DNA of 64,000 nucleotides, taken from assembly GCA_951406725.2 (NCBI GenBank), contig OX597820.1, forward strand, positions 119,164,001 through 119,228,000. Reading direction: 5' to 3'. Source of the DNA: Octopus vulgaris. Its lineage: Eukaryota. The notes under the pieces were generated by a model that worked only from the letters and a program-made list of their open reading frames with translations, searched no databases and was not told where the DNA came from. Numbering within the stretch: the first letter of the stretch is position 1; each line of letters opens with the position of its first letter. The translations under genes and the position numbers were made by a program. Positions 1 to 12,113 of the stretch are shown here, piece by piece.

Positions 1-694
1 CAAAGCATTAAGATAGTTAACTCAAGATTTCATAGAATTCCTTGTGTTATTCTTTGACCGTTATTGCTTTTGATTTGCAGTCGCGTCACCAAAATTCGTT
101 TTTCCTGCCTACAGTCGCAAGTCGAATTTCCATTTTTTTTAAACATTTGTTTCTATTCTTTTTGCATTCCTCTCATGTGGTATATACGTCCACACTTTTT
201 TTTATTTTTATTTTCATCTCTGTATTCGTTTTACATTGTCTTTAACATAGCGTTAGTTCCATTATATATACCTACATACGCACATGTATACACAGAAGAA
301 GAGAGAGAGCGAGAGAGAATGTTATTGAAAGCGAATAGACACGATATAATGAAACCCAACATTTATACACGTACTTTATATTTATGTGTATATGTGTGTG
401 CGCGTAAATAATCACACACCCTTGTGTATACACCCGTGCACTGTTACATACATCTTTCCAAGTGTATACATTTTCTTCCTTCCCTCCATTACGTCACTCA
501 GCCAACCAGAAGCTTCGTTATAATAGTTATATATGTGCCGAAACTTACAGCCACAAACACACGACACCATTCTATATCCTTCCCATATTATACACGAGAA
601 GCAAATATTCATGAATATATTCTCACGTTTAAACTTAGATTCATTATGCAATGTTTATATCTAACTCTTTTTTTCATAGCTTTCATGCTTCGTA

Positions 695-1098
695 TACTCT
701 CTTTACTCTTTTACTTGTTTCAGTCATTCGACTGCGGCTATGCTGGAGCACCGCCTTTTTAGTCGAGCAAATCGACCCCGGGACTTATTCTTTGTAAGCC
801 CAGTACTTATTCTATCGGTCCCTTTTGCCGAACCGCTAAGTGACAGGGACGTAAACACACCAGCATCGGTTGTCAAGCAATGCTAGGGGGACAAACACAG
901 ACACACAAACACACACACACATATACATATATATATATACGACTGGCTTCTTTTAGTTTCCGTCTACCAAATCCACTCACAAGGCATTGGTCGGCCCGGG
1001 GCTATAGCAGAAGACACTTGCCCAAGATGCCATGCAGTGGGACTGAACCTGGAACCATGTGGTTGGTTAGCAAGCTACTTACCACGCAGCCACTCCTG
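695..1098 (-). mobile_element. tRNA-derived SINE family A, full-length
   Basis: Reverse complement of the family A unit: tRNA-like head with A box (TGGCTGCGTGG) and B box (GGTTCAGTCCC), internal (TA)n(TG)n, and (GTAAAAGA)n tail. More than 10 copies in the window. Confidence 0.9.
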
Positions 1099-1289
1099 GA
1101 ATTAAGTAAATATTATTCAATCAAGAATTGTCTCCCTTACGTTAGTCAGATGGGAATATACAAAGGAAGAGATCGGAGAGGAAGATCGAAGATCGAAGTT
1201 AATAAATTTGTTTATCTCGTTTGAATTTCGTCAATCATATTGTTTAATTAACTGAATAATTAATTTGTTTTTTAGTAGCCTGTATCGCA

Positions 1290-1516
1290 CGAGTGACTAC
1301 TGCTATCATCTTCAAATGAATGCCATCACGCTGTTCCGGTGGGCAGGGACTAACGTTGCCCTGAACGATACGAGAGCCCCTCGCAGTATGAAAATTTTCC
1401 CTTAGAGTGAACTAGGGAAATATGAACGTGAAGTGTTTTACTCAATAACATAAAGCACCGCCGGTTCGGGAATCGAAACCGTGGTCATGAATGCAACATA
1501 TTAACCACTAGGCCAC
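1290..1516 (-). mobile_element. old diverged tRNA-derived SINE
   Basis: Minus strand shows TGGCCTAGTGGTTAA (A box) and GGTTTCGATTCCC (B box), followed by a body resembling the other SINE heads. Confidence 0.5.
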
Positions 1517-1521
1517 ACACA

Positions 1522-1593
<72 letters not shown>

Positions 1594-1599
1594 TAGTTA

Positions 1600-1730
1600 T
1601 ATGTAGTTAATCCAAACATGAAAACACAAAGAGTAAACACAACAACGTGAGGACGTGGAACAAGTATAGTTTTATTGGACGCTCAGGAAAGAAGGAAAGA
1701 AGGAGGGCTTAACGTTTCGAGCGGAGCTTT
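1600..1730 (-). mobile_element. family G repeat fragment (3' part with half hammerhead), ending in (TA)n
   Basis: Minus strand AGCTCCGCTCGAAACGTTAA...TGAGCG...TTGTTCCA...GTTTGGATTAA matches 5685-5795. Confidence 0.6.
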
Positions 1731-1737
1731 AACTCAT

Positions 1738-1890
1738 TTTTACAGTTCCAGTTTTCTCCTTTCTGGTTTTGAGAAGCCTAACTTCTCAATATTGGTATTT
1801 AGACAATTGGTTAAATATCCTAGTAACCCAATAATTGTAGGTATAAACCTGAACTTATAATCTGGATTCAATAACTGCAGATTTCTCTGG
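1738..1890 (-). pseudogene. C-terminal fragment of an RLE-type (R4-like) non-LTR retrotransposon ORF
   Basis: Translates QRNLQLLNPDYKFRFIPTIIGLLGYLTNCLNTNIEKLGFSKPERRKL. The xPxIIGxLG motif matches the RLE C-terminus also seen at 44675-44938 (VPVIVESLG). Confidence 0.5.
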
Positions 1891-2109
1891 GATAACTCCA
1901 ACATAAAACCTGCGGCTCAGTGGTTACTGATGATGTTGACTTGTTCTTCTTTTCGGATTATGGCCCCTGTTGCTTAGTGAGTGGGATTGACTCAGTGCAC
2001 ATTCTTTCCTCACTTTAAAAAATCTTCTTGCACAGGAATTGCACGATAACAACACTGATTAAGCATCGTGCAATGGCCATACTCGATAACGAGGAGGCAG
2101 CCACCACCA

Positions 2110-2237
2110 TGTATGTATGTATGTATGTATGTATGTATGTATGTATGTATGTATGTATGTATGTATGTATGTATGCATGTATGTATGTATGTATGTATGT
2201 ATGTATGTATGTATGTATGTATGTATGTATGTATGTA
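2110..2237. repeat. (TATG)n microsatellite
   Basis: Directly visible. Confidence 0.98.
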
Positions 2238-4239
2238 TCGTAACCATTGTCAGCTCGGAAATATATTTGTGTGTGTGAGCCGTGTAGTTGATTTCTAGTT
2301 TTTATACATGAAAGATATATTTAAGCTATGAACGAATTATTGAAAAAATTGAGTTACGTTTTCTAATGAAACTCTAAGAAATCATGAACTTATCAGATTC
2401 AGACCTCCCTTTATACAGCGTGCGATAAAATAAGTAGAGTTACCATTTCCCGCAATTTATTTTGACGAGCGATAGCAATTATAGAAGACATTTGCCTCTT
2501 GGGACACACGGGAAAATCGAAACTTAGAAGGTTAACATGAGTTGCATCTTTACACACACGACTCATGTGTATATATGATATATGTAACGTACAAATCCAA
2601 CGCTTACGCCCACAGACAGCATGAGACATACTTGCCACCAGAACCAGAAGTACTTCAATAAACTCTCGTCACTCGCTTTCACACTTTTATCTTTCGTGCA
2701 TACAACACAAACATAGCTGTATACATACTTGAAAGTATAGCAACTCACAAACATAGACATCTAAATACACAAGCAAACACATATTAAGCGGAGGAAAAAG
2801 GGTAATTACTTAGAATCTCTTCAATGGCTGCTTTCCAACATCTTTAAAACGTTGGCCAAATACCAATAATGCAACTAATTAGATGACTTTTACGAACTCA
2901 TATTTTTTCGCCGTGTTTCTCTCTTCGCTGATACAATTTTATTACCATTTTTTCTCGTGCATTGTTTGTAAAGAAGCCTGTATAAGAGAATGAGAAAATG
3001 GCCAGGCTTTCTCCATTTTCATTATTTAAGTTAATTGAGAATATTGAAAAATAAATCGTGAATATATAAACAAAATGAAAGCATAAAAACAAGAAAAAGT
3101 AGAATTCAATGAAGATATTTAATGTGCTTTTGCTTTATATTCTTCCTGTTTTCTTCTTATTTCTTTATTTCAATTTCCATTTGTTGCTCAAGTTGTTTCC
3201 GTATCCCCGAGTCATCTTAACCAGAACAATATTATGATCAAAGGTTCTGCAGCCGTTATAAGCCAGGCTCTTTTTTTTTCACTGCTATTGTTTCTGGGAT
3301 TAAATTATCCATTGAATACTTCCCTTTTTATACTAGATAACATATGATTTGTCAGAAAAATCGCTGGCTATTTTGAATGGGTCAGGTTAAAACATAGAAC
3401 CTCTTTTGTTTATTTGTTTGTTTTATACGTACAGGCAATAAGATTGGCTCATTTAATAATTGTGAGCAGCTTGGAAATATTTTTCTTGAGGTAATTGATC
3501 TACATTGTTCAAAATTTTTATCTGGGCATTTCTCTTCTAGTGGCAGCATTTAACGAACTACTGTTAAATAAAAAGAGAAGCAAGAAGTCACCGTTATAAT
3601 GATAATTATCAAGGTTGGAAATCAAAGAGCAAATATCAGTCATTGAAATGTACTGGAAAAGACAAACACTTTTTAGTAAACACTGACCAAAGACAGAATA
3701 CATTGTTTGAGGAACAATATGTGGAATTAAACGTGCAGAAACATCCATACACTCATAAACAGTTGCCTGTACATGATTTTAAACACATCAGACCTACGTA
3801 AATACATACATAGGCAAATAGAGAAAAATGGAGAGAGAGTTAGATAGAAACATAGATATATATTATATATGAAATATGACAAAGAAATACTTTGATACAT
3901 TTTTAATGATCATTTACAATTGTTTCATTACCAACTCTGCTTTAAGGCGTTGCAAGTAGAGTTGGTACCGAACCAATTGTAACAGATCATTAAAGATTTG
4001 TTAGCGTATTTCTTTGTCTTATTATTTAGATTATATTTTATCTTCGCTACACCCGTACAACGCTCTTACCATCGTGAGACCAGGATTTTCTACACCTGAA
4101 GAATTTTGGGAATTAGTCTGAAATCCAAAAGTGTCGACAGCCCAGAACTTGGGTTGAGTGTGCTTCTCTGAAAATACCCTATCTTTTATCTTTTACATGT
4201 TTGAGTGATTAGACTGCGGCCATGCAGGAGCACATCAGT

Positions 4240-4270
<31 letters not shown>

Positions 4271-4825
4271 GCAATGGCTTGAAGAATATTGAGGTTTATT
4301 CGATAAACAGTTGATCTAGCAAGCGGGGTCCCGTATCAGGGTATTTAGTGCATGCATTTATGTACATATGTACATATACGAACACACAGACACTTTATTT
4401 ATAAATATACTAGCAGAGTTACATACAAATGAAGAATTAGACTTTTCTGTTATATTTTCTGTAATGAACTAGAATAACTATGTTTCGAATTTCATCAAAA
4501 TTACAGATGAGAATTATTTCCCTGTTTACACACCCTAAAAATAATTGTAATTGTGCCACATGTATCCCATACTACTGATTTTTATGCGCATATTCCAAAA
4601 TTCCAGTCTAATTCAACCTGATAAAAAGATTATACTCCTGAAAAATGGAGGTCATGGAGCTCTAAAATGTGAGAGTTAACGCCCTTATTGGGGGTAGGTA
4701 TCTTAATGTCAACCAGAGAAGTTGATTTGTTGAGAATCTTTTTATCTTGGGTCTTATATCTATTGTTAGAATTTCTTTGAGATAGGAAATGTATATATGT
4801 GAATATATATGTGTACATATTTACA

Positions 4826-4869
<44 letters not shown>

Positions 4870-5082
4870 TACATTTATAGATGTATACATATGCAGCTAT
4901 ACACACATACACACACATACATAGGTGCAGGTGTGGCTGTGTGGTAACAAACTTCGTTCCAAAACACATGGTCCTGGGTTTAAATTTAAATTTAAAATAA
5001 TAAGGGTGAGAAATTGAATATTAATTTGATTAATATGAATTAAAAACCGTTGGTGAGCATATAAGACCATAGCGGATCTTCT

Positions 5083-5378
5083 TCTAGCAAAATGGATGCC
5101 CACTGTTAATGGTTCATCCCTCTTATATAATAGTTTGACTTTAATAGTTTCAGTATTAAAGTGAAAGTATCTGACATTACAATAGAGAGATGTTTTTATT
5201 TCACTTTTAACACGTAATACTGAAATAGTGGAGAAGATATGATATTGCTGAGGGCTCACCCTAGGCAAAAATGTTATTTTTTGCCCATGACACTCCCTAG
5301 GCCCTAAGTAAGGCATGTGTAAAATTTTAATGAAATTGGTTGTGTAGTTCTCAAGTTTTAGGAATTCACACACACAGA

Positions 5379-5400
<22 letters not shown>
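5083..5400 (-). mobile_element. possible non-autonomous Helitron-like element
   Basis: Minus strand runs (TA)n, TGTGTGTCTGTGTG, then CAACCAATTTCATTAAAATTTTACACA, and ends in CTAG near 5084. The architecture recalls invertebrate non-autonomous Helitrons; a 3' hairpin is not clearly seen. Confidence 0.3.
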
Positions 5401-5423
<23 letters not shown>

Positions 5424-5475
5424 CACACACATATACATAAACATACATATATATATATACATATGTATATATGTA

Positions 5476-5549
<74 letters not shown>

Positions 5550-5789
5550 TACTTTGCTCTTGTTATCGTAAACTTCCGCCTTTCACCATGTGTAACTCGT
5601 AAACACCAGTCGTTTTTTTCTCTATCCCTGTTGCCCGCTTTGGGATCTTTCTTTCTCTCTCTTCCTTCTTTATGTTTCCGACGAAGAGCTCCGCTCGAAA
5701 CGTCGTACCTTCCTGCTTCCATGAGCGCCTATTAATAATAATACTGTAATTGTTCCATTGTTGTTGTTTTTTGTTTTCCCGTTTGGATT

Positions 5790-5795
<6 letters not shown>
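5550..5795 (+). mobile_element. family G repeat between (TA)n tracts, with degenerate minimal hammerhead (probable Penelope pLTR fragment)
   Basis: CCGACGA-A-GAGC-TCC-GCTC-GAAA-CGTC at 5678-5704. A second partial copy lies at 1600-1730. Confidence 0.55.
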
Positions 5796-5876
<81 letters not shown>

Positions 5877-5880
<4 letters not shown>

Positions 5881-6180
5881 CGTGATCGACCAGGCTATCA
5901 GATGTTGCTACACATCGCTGGTCACAACGCGCTTCGCATTGTTTTAGCCTTCAAATGACGCCACCCCGCTGGCTAAGCGAGCAGGCCACCAGAAGAAAGA
6001 GTGAGAGAAAGTTGTGGCGAAAGAGTACATCAGGGATCGCCAACAACCCCCTGCCGGAGCCTTATGGAGCTTTAGGTGTTTTTGCTCAATAAACACTCAC
6101 AACGCCCGGTCTGGGAATCAAAACCACGATCCTACAAATGCGAGTCCGCTGTCCTAACCACTGGGCCATTGGGCCTCCAC
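5877..6180 (-). mobile_element. tRNA-derived SINE family B1
   Basis: Head GGAGGCCCAATGGCCCAGTGGTTAGG...GATTCCCAGACC; tail ...CTGATAGCCTGGTCGATCACGGTGA running into (TA)n. Confidence 0.9.
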
Positions 6181-6960
6181 ACACATACATATACACACGC
6201 ATACGCAAATTCACATACACACCTGTACATATACATACACACAATATATGCATACATGCGCACACACACATACACATACGTATACACATATAGACACAGA
6301 CACACACGCACAAACAAACATGCGTACACATGCACACGAATGCACACACCTAACACTCACAACCCCAAGGATACACGTATATACACCCAGATACGCATAC
6401 ACACACACACATACACTCGCACACATACACACGCACACACAACTACACGCACATACGAAACGCACGCACATACACACACACAAATGAACATTCACATACA
6501 TCCCATACACACAGCATACACTCATACATACACGCACACAATTATACATACATGTATACACACATACGCACATACAAGCACACACACACACACATACACA
6601 AAGTAAAGCAGTTATTTGCCACATACACAAACTCTACGCATACACAGACGAACACACACATACATACACACACACACACACACTACAAACAAAACACACA
6701 CGCAATACATATACATACACGCACACACACACACATACTTCAAACTACCAGTACCTTTAACTGACCATTCTTCCACATGGATAGACACAAGAGCCACTCC
6801 TAATTCATTCTTCCTTGACCTTAAACAATACTAAGCCCTACCACACACATTGTTTAACAGCCACAACCACACACACACACACACGTGTTATCATTGCACA
6901 CACACACACGCGCACACGCAGATCTGCGCGCACGCACATATCCACACTTACACACATATA
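6181..6960. repeat. degenerate (CA)n/(CATA)n low-complexity tract
   Basis: Directly visible; source of many spurious ORFs. Confidence 0.9.
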
Positions 6961-7176
6961 TCTCCTCTTGCACTCTCCTGTCTTTGAAAGAACTTTTTCT
7001 TCACCCATTCCCTGCCGGTCATTCAAAATGTGACGCGTGTATACTACATTATTATTTTCCGGTTATTTAGCGCGCCAAAACAAGGACTTTTCAAAAATAA
7101 CCGCAAGTGTAACAGGTAGAACTATATACAGATCTGACCTCAAACATATATATATATATATATGCATACGTATATA

Positions 7177-7227
<51 letters not shown>

Positions 7228-7789
7228 GTGTGTGTGTGTGTGTGTGTGTGTTATATGTGTGTGTGTGTGTGTGTGTGCGTGTTTATGTATGTTTTGATTC
7301 TTGCTTGTGTGTTTGTGTGCGTAGGTGTGTCTATATATTTGTGTATGGACTTCTTAAGTCCTATTGATTCTGTTCCCAGCCTGAACCAGTCTTATGGCAT
7401 CAAAAGATTACATCGCATATTATGATGTCATACAATTCTATCAGAATCTAAAATCTAAACAGAACGTCACAAACGGCGCTGTTATAAAATCTATTGAAAT
7501 ATTTGAAACAAAGAAATGTCTCAGATTTCTAAAAACTTACCTTTTAATCTACATTTGTTGTTACAACTTCTGAAATATTATTCATTTGGTTTTTATTTTA
7601 ATACGAAGATTTTACCTGTTTATTCACATGCGAAACTGTGATGTTCATGCCTTCCTCGCGTACTGAAATATATGAAACCCGTGATCCATACATTTTATTC
7701 CGACAGATATGCATCCATGCAATGTATAATCATTTCATTTTAAGAGGAAGTACTTGTTTTAAATTTTCAATACATTTTATCTGAATAAA

Positions 7790-7951
7790 GGCGCAGGAGT
7801 GGCTGTGTGGTAAGTAGCTTGCTAACCAACCACATGGTTCCGGGTTCAGTCCCACTGCGTGACACCTTGGGCAAGAGTCTTCTGCTATAGCACCGGGCCG
7901 ACCAATGCCTTGTGGGTGGATTTGGTAGACGGAAACTGAAAGAAGCCCGTC

Positions 7952-7985
<34 letters not shown>

Positions 7986-8420
7986 TTGTATGTCCGTGTT
8001 TGTCCCCCTAGCATTGCTTTACAACCGATGCTGGTTTGTTTACGTCACCGTCACTTAGCGGTTCGGCAAAAGAGACCGATATAATAAGTACTGGGCTTAC
8101 AATGAATAAGTCCTGGGGTCGATTTGCTCGACTAAAGGCGGTGCTCCAGCATGGCCGCAGTCAAATGACTGAAACAAGTAAAAGATAAAAGATAAAAAGA
8201 TATATATATATGTATGTGTGTGTTTGTATGTCCGTGTTTGTCCCCCTAGCATTGCTTGACAACCGATGCTTGTGTGTTTACGTCCCCGTCACTTTGCGGT
8301 TCGGCAAAAGTGACCGATAGAATAAGTACTGGGCTTACAACGAATAAATCCCGGGGTCGATTTGCTCGACTAAAGGCGGTGCTCCAGCATGTAAAAGAGT
8401 AAAAGAGAGAGAGTAAAGAG
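7790..8420 (+). mobile_element. SINE family A (7790-8200) with tandem duplicate of its 3' half (8201-8420)
   Basis: Both halves share the private variant TGTATGTCCGTGTTTG. The second half lacks GGCCGCAGTCAAATGACTGAAACAA. Confidence 0.9.
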
Positions 8421-8569
8421 TATCAATAAATGCATTTAAAATAATATCAGTTGTCACTTCTTTTTTTATTTCAATTCAAATTTTTATTAATCAATTACTT
8501 GTGAGAACCATTTTCGGGTCAAAGTTGAAAGAGGCCAAAACGTCATATTCTTGATGTTCATTGAATTCT

Positions 8570-8790
8570 TATTTACAGTGGACGGATAGGTCTTATCATC
8601 TTGTTTGTTGTTATCACAACGTTTTGGCTGGTGTACTCTCCAGCCTTCATCAGGTGTTCTGGTGGAATTTCAAACCCAACCCTTTTTTTGACTAACGGAG
8701 TAAAAACTGTTCTCATTCCTAAGGTCTGTTGCTGATGTTAATTGTCTGTTGATATTATTTTTCAAGTCCCTGCTTGGTATTGAACTTAGT
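8570..8790 (-). mobile_element. family F SINE (hammerhead tail), inverted head-truncated copy
   Basis: Reverse complement aligns to about 8823-9040 and to 57770-57965. Contains AACAC-CTGATGA-A-GGCTG..CAGCC-AAAAC-GTT-GTG. Confidence 0.8.
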
Positions 8791-9078
8791 GAATAAGAGC
8801 GCGGGCTACTATCCCTCGGATTCTTAGTTCAAACCCAGGCAGGGACTTGAAAAATAATATCAATAGACAATTAATATCAGCAACAGACCTTAGGAATGAG
8901 AACAGAGTACCCCATTAGTCAAATAAAGGGTTTGGTTTCGAAATTCCACAAGAACACCCGATGAAGGGTAGAATACACCAGCCGAAACATTGTGATAACA
9001 ACAAACAAGATGGTCACCTATCCGTCCATTGTAAATAATGTCCATAATTCCTCATCCCCCGCCCCAAAAATATAGAAT
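8791..9078 (+). mobile_element. family F SINE (tRNA head remnant + hammerhead tail)
   Basis: TAAGAGCGCGGGCTACTA head, ACCTTAGGAATGAGAACA body and AACAACAAACAAGATG...AATTCCTCAT...AAATATAGAA tail are shared with 57721-57990. Confidence 0.8.
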
Positions 9079-9091
9079 AGTATTCGTTGAA

Positions 9092-9282
9092 ACGAAATAT
9101 AGAATAGTATTTCGTTGAAACGAAAACTTTAGGAAAATAAAAATAAGAAATAAGAGGAAATTTTACCGGTGAGTCTGTTAGATTATAAGGCACGAAAAGA
9201 AAATGACTCTCCCCAGAGACAACAGAATATGCTTCAACACAGGAACTCACATAAAGAATCTTGCAAACCAAATCCAAAAACA
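9092..9282 (-). mobile_element. family H interspersed repeat
   Basis: Near-identical to 26588-26726 and 27262-27390. Flanked by the direct repeat AGTATTCGTTGAA (about 9079 and 9283). Confidence 0.75.
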
Positions 9283-9318
9283 AAGTATTCGTTGAATTCT
9301 CTTCGAAAAGATATTTAA

Positions 9319-9945
9319 CCGTTTAGTGTTCAGATTACTCTGTTAAATGTAATACATTCTCACTCAAATTGTTTTGAATTAATCATGCATTATCTTCTAG
9401 CTTTGAGGTTTCAATGATTGCGATTGTTTATTTTTAGAATGTCAATGTAGGTTAGGTGTGAGAGGCCAGATCTAGCCAGTTTGAATATAAAACATATAGA
9501 ATATTTGCGCAGGAGTGGCTGTGTGGTAAGTAGCTTGTTTATCAACCACATGGTTCCGGGTTCTATCCCACTGCGAGGAATCTTGGGCAAGTGTCTTCTG
9601 CTATAGCCCCGGGCCGACCAATGCCTTGTGAGTGGATTTGGTAGACGGAAACTGAAAGAAGCCTGTCGTATATATGTATATTTATATATATATATGTGTG
9701 TGTGTGTTTGTGTGTCTGTGTTTGTCCCCCTAGCATTGCTTGACAACCGATGCTGGTGTGTTTACGTCCCCATCACTTAGCGCTTCGGCAAAAAAGAGAC
9801 CGATAGAATAAGTACTGGGCTTACAAAGAATAAGTCCCGGGGTCGATTTGCTCGACTAAAGGCGGTGCTCCAGCATGGCCGCAGTCACTTGACTGAAACA
9901 AGTAAAAGAGTAAAAGAGTATATGGCCGGTTTAAACACTAAAGGG
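9319..9945. mobile_element. piggyBac-type MITE interrupted by a family A SINE
   Basis: TTAA|CCGTTTAGTGTT ... AACACTAAAGGG|TTAA: TTAA TSD and CC/GG-ended terminal inverted repeats. Confidence 0.75.
9507..9920 (+). mobile_element. SINE family A nested in the piggyBac-type MITE
   Basis: Full-length match to the other family A copies. Confidence 0.92.
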
Positions 9946-10136
9946 TTAAGTGCAAACTAAATATTGTACAGCATTTAAGAGCAACGGACGTTATCAGAAT
10001 TATAACCATTGTAACTTTTTAAAATAATATTGAGTTTTGATAATCAATGTGGTAGAGATAAAAGAAATCCACGAATGTTTCGTCTTCTCTATAATGTGGC
10101 CAAAACATTTTGTTACCCGGTTGACTGCAATGTGCA

Positions 10137-10302
10137 ACAGGAAGCCCGTCGTATATATATCAATGTATATATTTATGGTGTGCGTACGTATTTGTGTGTG
10201 TTTGTGTGGCAATCGCTTGACAACTGATGTTGGTGTGTTTGTGTCTCCGTAACTTAGCGGTTCGGCCAAAGAAATCGATAGAATAAGAACTAGGTTTATT
10301 AG
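10137..10302 (+). mobile_element. SINE family A internal fragment
   Basis: GAAGCCCGTCGTATAT...CTTAGCGGTTCGGC...GATAGAATAAG. Confidence 0.75.
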
Positions 10303-10369
10303 GACTTTGTATTTTAGACTATTTTGGTTGTACGGTTTATCAAACATATAAAAAGAGTGTGTATCATTT

Positions 10370-10879
10370 ATTCTTTTACTTGTTTCAGTCATTTATTAGG
10401 TCAAAGAAATTGACCTAATAAACCTAGTACTTATTCTATCGTATTTTTGCTGAACCGCTAAGCTACGGGGACATAAACACAGCAGCATCGGTTGTCAAGG
10501 CGGCGACCTGGCAGAAACGTTAGCACGCCGGGCGAAATGCTTAGCCGTCGACTTTGACTTTCATCCTTTCAGGGTCGATTAAATAAGTACCAGTTATGCA
10601 CTGGGGTCGATATAATCGACTTAATCCGTTTGTCTGTCCTTGATGTCCCCTCTGTGTTTGGCTCCTTGTGGGTAGTAAAGAAATAGGTTGCCAAGCGATG
10701 GTGACAAACACACACATTAGTATATAATAAATATATAAGACGGGCTTCTTGCTGTTTCCTTCTACCAAATCCACTCACAAAGCTTTGATCGGCCCGAGGC
10801 TATAGCAGAAATCACTGGCCCAAGAGGCCACGCAGTGGGACTGAAACGGGGACCATGTGGTTGGGAAGCAAGCTTCTTA
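10370..10879 (-). mobile_element. older SINE family A copy split by a family C insertion
   Basis: The halves at 10370-10499 and 10686-10879 rejoin across the insertion. Confidence 0.8.
10500..10685 (+). mobile_element. SINE family C (internally deleted) nested in family A
   Basis: GCGGCGACCTGGCAGAAACGTTAGCACGCC head; TSD GGTTGTCAAG (10490-10499) / GGTTGCCAAG (10686-10695). Confidence 0.85.
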
Positions 10880-11285
10880 CCATATATCCACTCCTGTGCC
10901 TTACTGTGGTTTTGTTTTGGGGTTTCTGTTTGATACCTATTGGTAATTCATCTTGATGACTTTTTATGAAAGCAGGTAAGGTTATATCGCTTCCATTCGA
11001 AATATTTTCAAACTATCTCCTAAAAATGTAAATAATATCAAAGTTTAAAATTACTTTTGCATGGAATTCGTGCTCAAAAGATATTGTGATGCCATTTTTG
11101 GGAGACCGAGTCACCCGGAAGGGGGCTGATTCTAATTTTGAAGATGTCGAATTGAATTTAGTGAGGATATCGACTCTTCTGACCGAACAGAAAATGGTAA
11201 TAGTAGTGTTCCTCGTGTATTCCAAAAGCTTGTGACTTTATGAATTGTGAAAGAATACTTTCAATGTGAGTTACCTGTTATGAGT

Positions 11286-11512
11286 TACTCTTTTACTCTT
11301 TTACTCTTTTACTCTTTTACTTGTTTCAGTCATTTGACTGCGGCCATGCTGGAGCACTGCCTTTAGTCGAGAAAATCGACCCCGGGACTTATTCTTTGTA
11401 AGCCCAGTACTTATTCTATCGGTCTCTTGTGCCGAACCGCTAAGTGACGGGGACGTAAACATACCAGCTTCGGTTGTCAAGCAATGCTAGGGGGACAAAC
11501 ATGGACATACAA

Positions 11513-11549
<37 letters not shown>

Positions 11550-11719
11550 CATATATATATATACGACAGGCCTCTTTCAGTTTCCGTCTACCAAATCCAC
11601 TCACAAGGCATTGGTCAGCCCGGGGCTATAGCAGAAGACACTTGCCCAAGATGCCACGCAGTGGGACTGAACCATGTGGTTGGTTAGCAAGTTACTTACC
11701 ACACAGCCACTCCTGCGCC
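11286..11719 (-). mobile_element. SINE family A, full-length
   Basis: Match to the family unit including the (GTAAAAGA)n tail. Confidence 0.92.
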
Positions 11720-12113
11720 TGTTTTGCTGAAACAAATCAAATGATGTTTTCTGCTTGGTGTTTGTGTAGGTGTAAATATAACTCAAGTGACGTGGTGAAG
11801 CAGAATTAGGAATTATATTTTGATTTATGTATGTATTTGTGTGTATTTAAATATTGTTGATTTTGTCTGCGAGTGATAAGTCGGATTAAAAAGCAAAACT
11901 TTAAGAACAATATTGGCAAAGACGAGGATACTTTGTGACACTTTTGTCATCAACACAGTTAACTGACAAAAATGCGATCCTTCAGTCATCTTCTAAAGAC
12001 GTTGCTGTTGCTTTACTTGTGTTGCAATGCTCGATAAATAATGTCTCAGCGGTACAGTGACATTTCCACCAGTGGTGTAGGAAATCGAATTGACCAATAC
12101 CATTAACCACTTG

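Noticed and set aside
880-1224. Recurrent peptides such as MLGGQTQTH...[24 protein letters not shown] and [11 protein letters not shown]
   Set aside because: Antisense translations of SINE family A, with inconsistent frames among copies; not a gene family.
4087-4135. ACAC-CTGAAGA...GAAA possible hammerhead
   Set aside because: Stem II and the NUH/stem I geometry cannot be assembled convincingly.
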